Assembly: GCA_964187785.1 (NCBI GenBank)
Contig: OZ076409.1
Coordinates: 99,698,001 to 99,762,000, forward strand
Direction of reading: 5' to 3'
Origin: Amphiscolops sp. MND2022
Lineage: Eukaryota
DNA length: 64,000 nt
In this document: positions 61,605 to 64,000 of the stretch, piece by piece
How the letters are laid out: every line of letters begins with the position of its first letter
Position numbering within the stretch: the first letter of the stretch is position 1
Made by a program: the position numbers and the translations under genes
The notes under the pieces: generated by a model
The model's database searches: none
Told to the model about the DNA's origin: nothing
The model's input: the letters and a program-made list of their open reading frames with translations, nothing else

Positions 61605-64000
61605 GGATGCACTGTCAGTTACACATGGCAATAAACTCTGCAATTAGCGTCAGAGTTACCCCTGAGATAAAAAAAGTATTATGGGGTCGCTGTCTTCGGG
61701 ACATCTGTTAATATTAAGGATACTAGAGAAGAGACAAACGGGTTGCAGACAAAATAGACAACAAGCCGGGAACGGCCCAAGGCGGCGCCATATCTAAGGC
61801 TCAAAAGTAGTAAAAGGACTTCAAGGTGTCAAGTATTCTCTTCTTCTGTACCTGGATGAGGAAAAAAGTCTTCAGAACTTTTTTTTCGAAATTTTTTGAA
61901 GTCTCCTGTAAGTCGCATAGTGCCGAAAAATGTGAAAGTGGGGACCAATTTGGATATTTTTGTACATCCATAAAGTTGCAAAATAGAGAAAATTGAACTA
62001 GCACCCTTTGGAGACTGAAAATAATTGCGAAAAAAGTCTCACGAAGCCGAAATAACATGAACGAAAAAATTTCGGTCAAGGGCGAAACTCGAACCCACGT
62101 CCTTGTCCTTGGCAGACCTCAAACAAACTTAATTGATCTCTATGTCACGTGGCAGTAGAAGTAGCAGTTCAGTGTAGCCAGCTTATGAAGCTTATAAAAT
62201 TTGTCACTTTTTTGGTCTTAGAAAAAAGTCACTGCTTTAGTCTGCGTTTTCCACCAAAAGCGCTGACTAAAAAGAATTCTAGGTATGCCTTTGATCTTAG
62301 GGACACTGGGGACCTATTCCCGTATAATACACTTTTCAATTCTCGTATAAAGTGACTGGTTTTTTCTCAAATTTTTACATACCTTGCGTCCAATATAAAG
62401 CTTTAGGGTCATGTTCCCAGTACATTTTCCAGGACTTTTTCGGATTTTCGAATAATCTTTATTCAACAATGATACTGAATCCACGTCCCCCGGTGTCGTA
62501 ACTAGTGAGTTGAGGTATTTTGTCCACTCCGTCCATATCATGGGTGTTTCCCAATGATGGCTCTTCGCCAGAGGTTATTTCCATGTTGGAACAGCCTAGT
62601 CCGGTGTTTGAGTTAGTGAGATTGTCAACCTTCGACGACAGGGTTCCGATCAACCTCAGTATTCCTCGCCGCCCGCGTTCAGTATTATCAAGTCTCTCAG
62701 AGACTTTACTCTCAATTTCATGCTCATGTCCTCAATTTCGTCTCAGACAAAATAGAACTTTCAGTGTAACGCTGGCAACTGGACTCGTTCTTAACTCTGC
62801 CCTCTTCGGGGGAGTCTCTTCTCAGTCTACTTTTGATAGGTTTATCAGGGATTCGGACTGGGGAAAAATAATGTGAGCGAGGTATCAATGTAATTAAAGT
62901 CTCGTTTGTTTTCATGTATCATCTGATGGATCACCAATTTTCGCTCAGAAACTTTTTTTGGAATCAGATTGGTAAATTATCGAAAGGTAAATCATTGTCA
63001 AGTAGGATTATTCAAATGAAACAAATACAAAGTAAAATATCATCGAAGATTAAAGAGAATCTTTCTATACAAATTATTGACAAAGATTGGTGAAGAGTAT
63101 CACAGGCTCATTCGAAGGCAGAGCACAAATCGTGTCACTCTAATCCCGCGACAGGTTTAATTAGTTTTCGCTAGAAATGCCGGATACATCCCGGGAGTCA
63201 ACTCACACCTCATTCAGACTAACGTCCTTCCGAGTCCATGAATTCCAAATAAAAGACTCTTCCTCGGGATTCGCCTTTCCGTTTCATCTCACTCTCAAGG
63301 AAATGTGGGAATCATCTACCTGCCAAAGCCCAATTCCACGTCCCTCCTTCATCCTTCTCCCAACCCCCAAATCGTAACGCTGAAGATGAAGTTGGTAACG
63401 AAAACCCAAGAACCTAGCTACTGACGCGGAAAAAGAAATGAAATTATCACCAAGGAAAACCAGAGAGTTCGAAAATTTCAAAAAGCAGCTTGTACTAATT
63501 ACAAGATTAGCGCTTCCTCATTCTCATTTGCGGAAATGAATAATTATTAGGAACAATTAACATTTTGAATAATATTGACATATTTGAAATCCTCGTCCTG
63601 CAACAGGTACTTCCTTTGACTCAGAATGACTAAACAGTTGTCCAGAGTGTTGACTCAGTTCGTATATAATCCCTTGATCAAAATGAATGGTATTAAAGGC
63701 AACAAACATGAATAAACAATGTACTAGCAACAATTATTACATTTATATAATGGAAAACTGCATCCTGACTTTTTTAAGTTCTTCAGTCCGTCAGACTGAA
63801 TTGAATAGACAATCCTGGAGAATGACACAGACAAAAACTGTATTTCATTGCCTGAGACGTCCACTCGGATTTTATTTTAATCAAGATCGAAACAATAACA
63901 CGACAGCATCAGTATTGATTTCTACATTTCATATTATGTCATCCCCTTCATTTTAGGTTTCTTTTAAGCTATGGATTAGTACTGAAATAGCACTGAAATA

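Larger units (their letters stand above)
56586..62776. repeat. ~3.1-kb direct tandem duplication (56586-59681 and 59684-62776)
   Basis: ORF pairs are offset by 3095-3097 nt. The junction reads gtaacgctggc|gc|taaaaaagaattgtgcg. A few SNPs and indels separate the copies. Confidence 0.93.

Noticed and set aside
62314..63481. ORF fragments in the right flank
   Set aside because: Multiple stops and no identifiable motif; possibly a decayed element but unsupported.

Overview
AT-rich, intron-containing eukaryotic DNA, probably from an invertebrate animal (inferred only from gene and repeat style). Bases 1-18.5 kb hold a head-to-head pair of papain/cathepsin-L-family genes with matching exon phases. 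In both, the catalytic QxxCGSCW motif is replaced by a shared 'YPIGW', so they look like pseudo-proteases. The + strand gene is intact (4 exons, 353 aa). The - strand gene has an 8-bp duplication and a stop in exon 3. Introns and spacers are filled with small non-autonomous DNA transposons (HINE/Helentron-like elements and MITEs). Bases 19.5-58.5 kb hold two independent, full-length but decayed ~18.3-kb Ty3/Gypsy-type LTR elements on the - strand, each with ~275-bp TG...CA LTRs and its own 4-bp TSD. Their layout resembles a complex retrovirus: a ~1.5-kb leader, one ~10-kb gag-pro-pol frame, an env-like glycoprotein with a chuvirus-G/class-III-like Cys pattern, then a conserved palindrome containing TTCCCGGAA, a conserved small GT-AG intron and two accessory ORFs of unknown function. 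The window ends with a ~3.1-kb tandem duplication of the second element's 5' end and flank.
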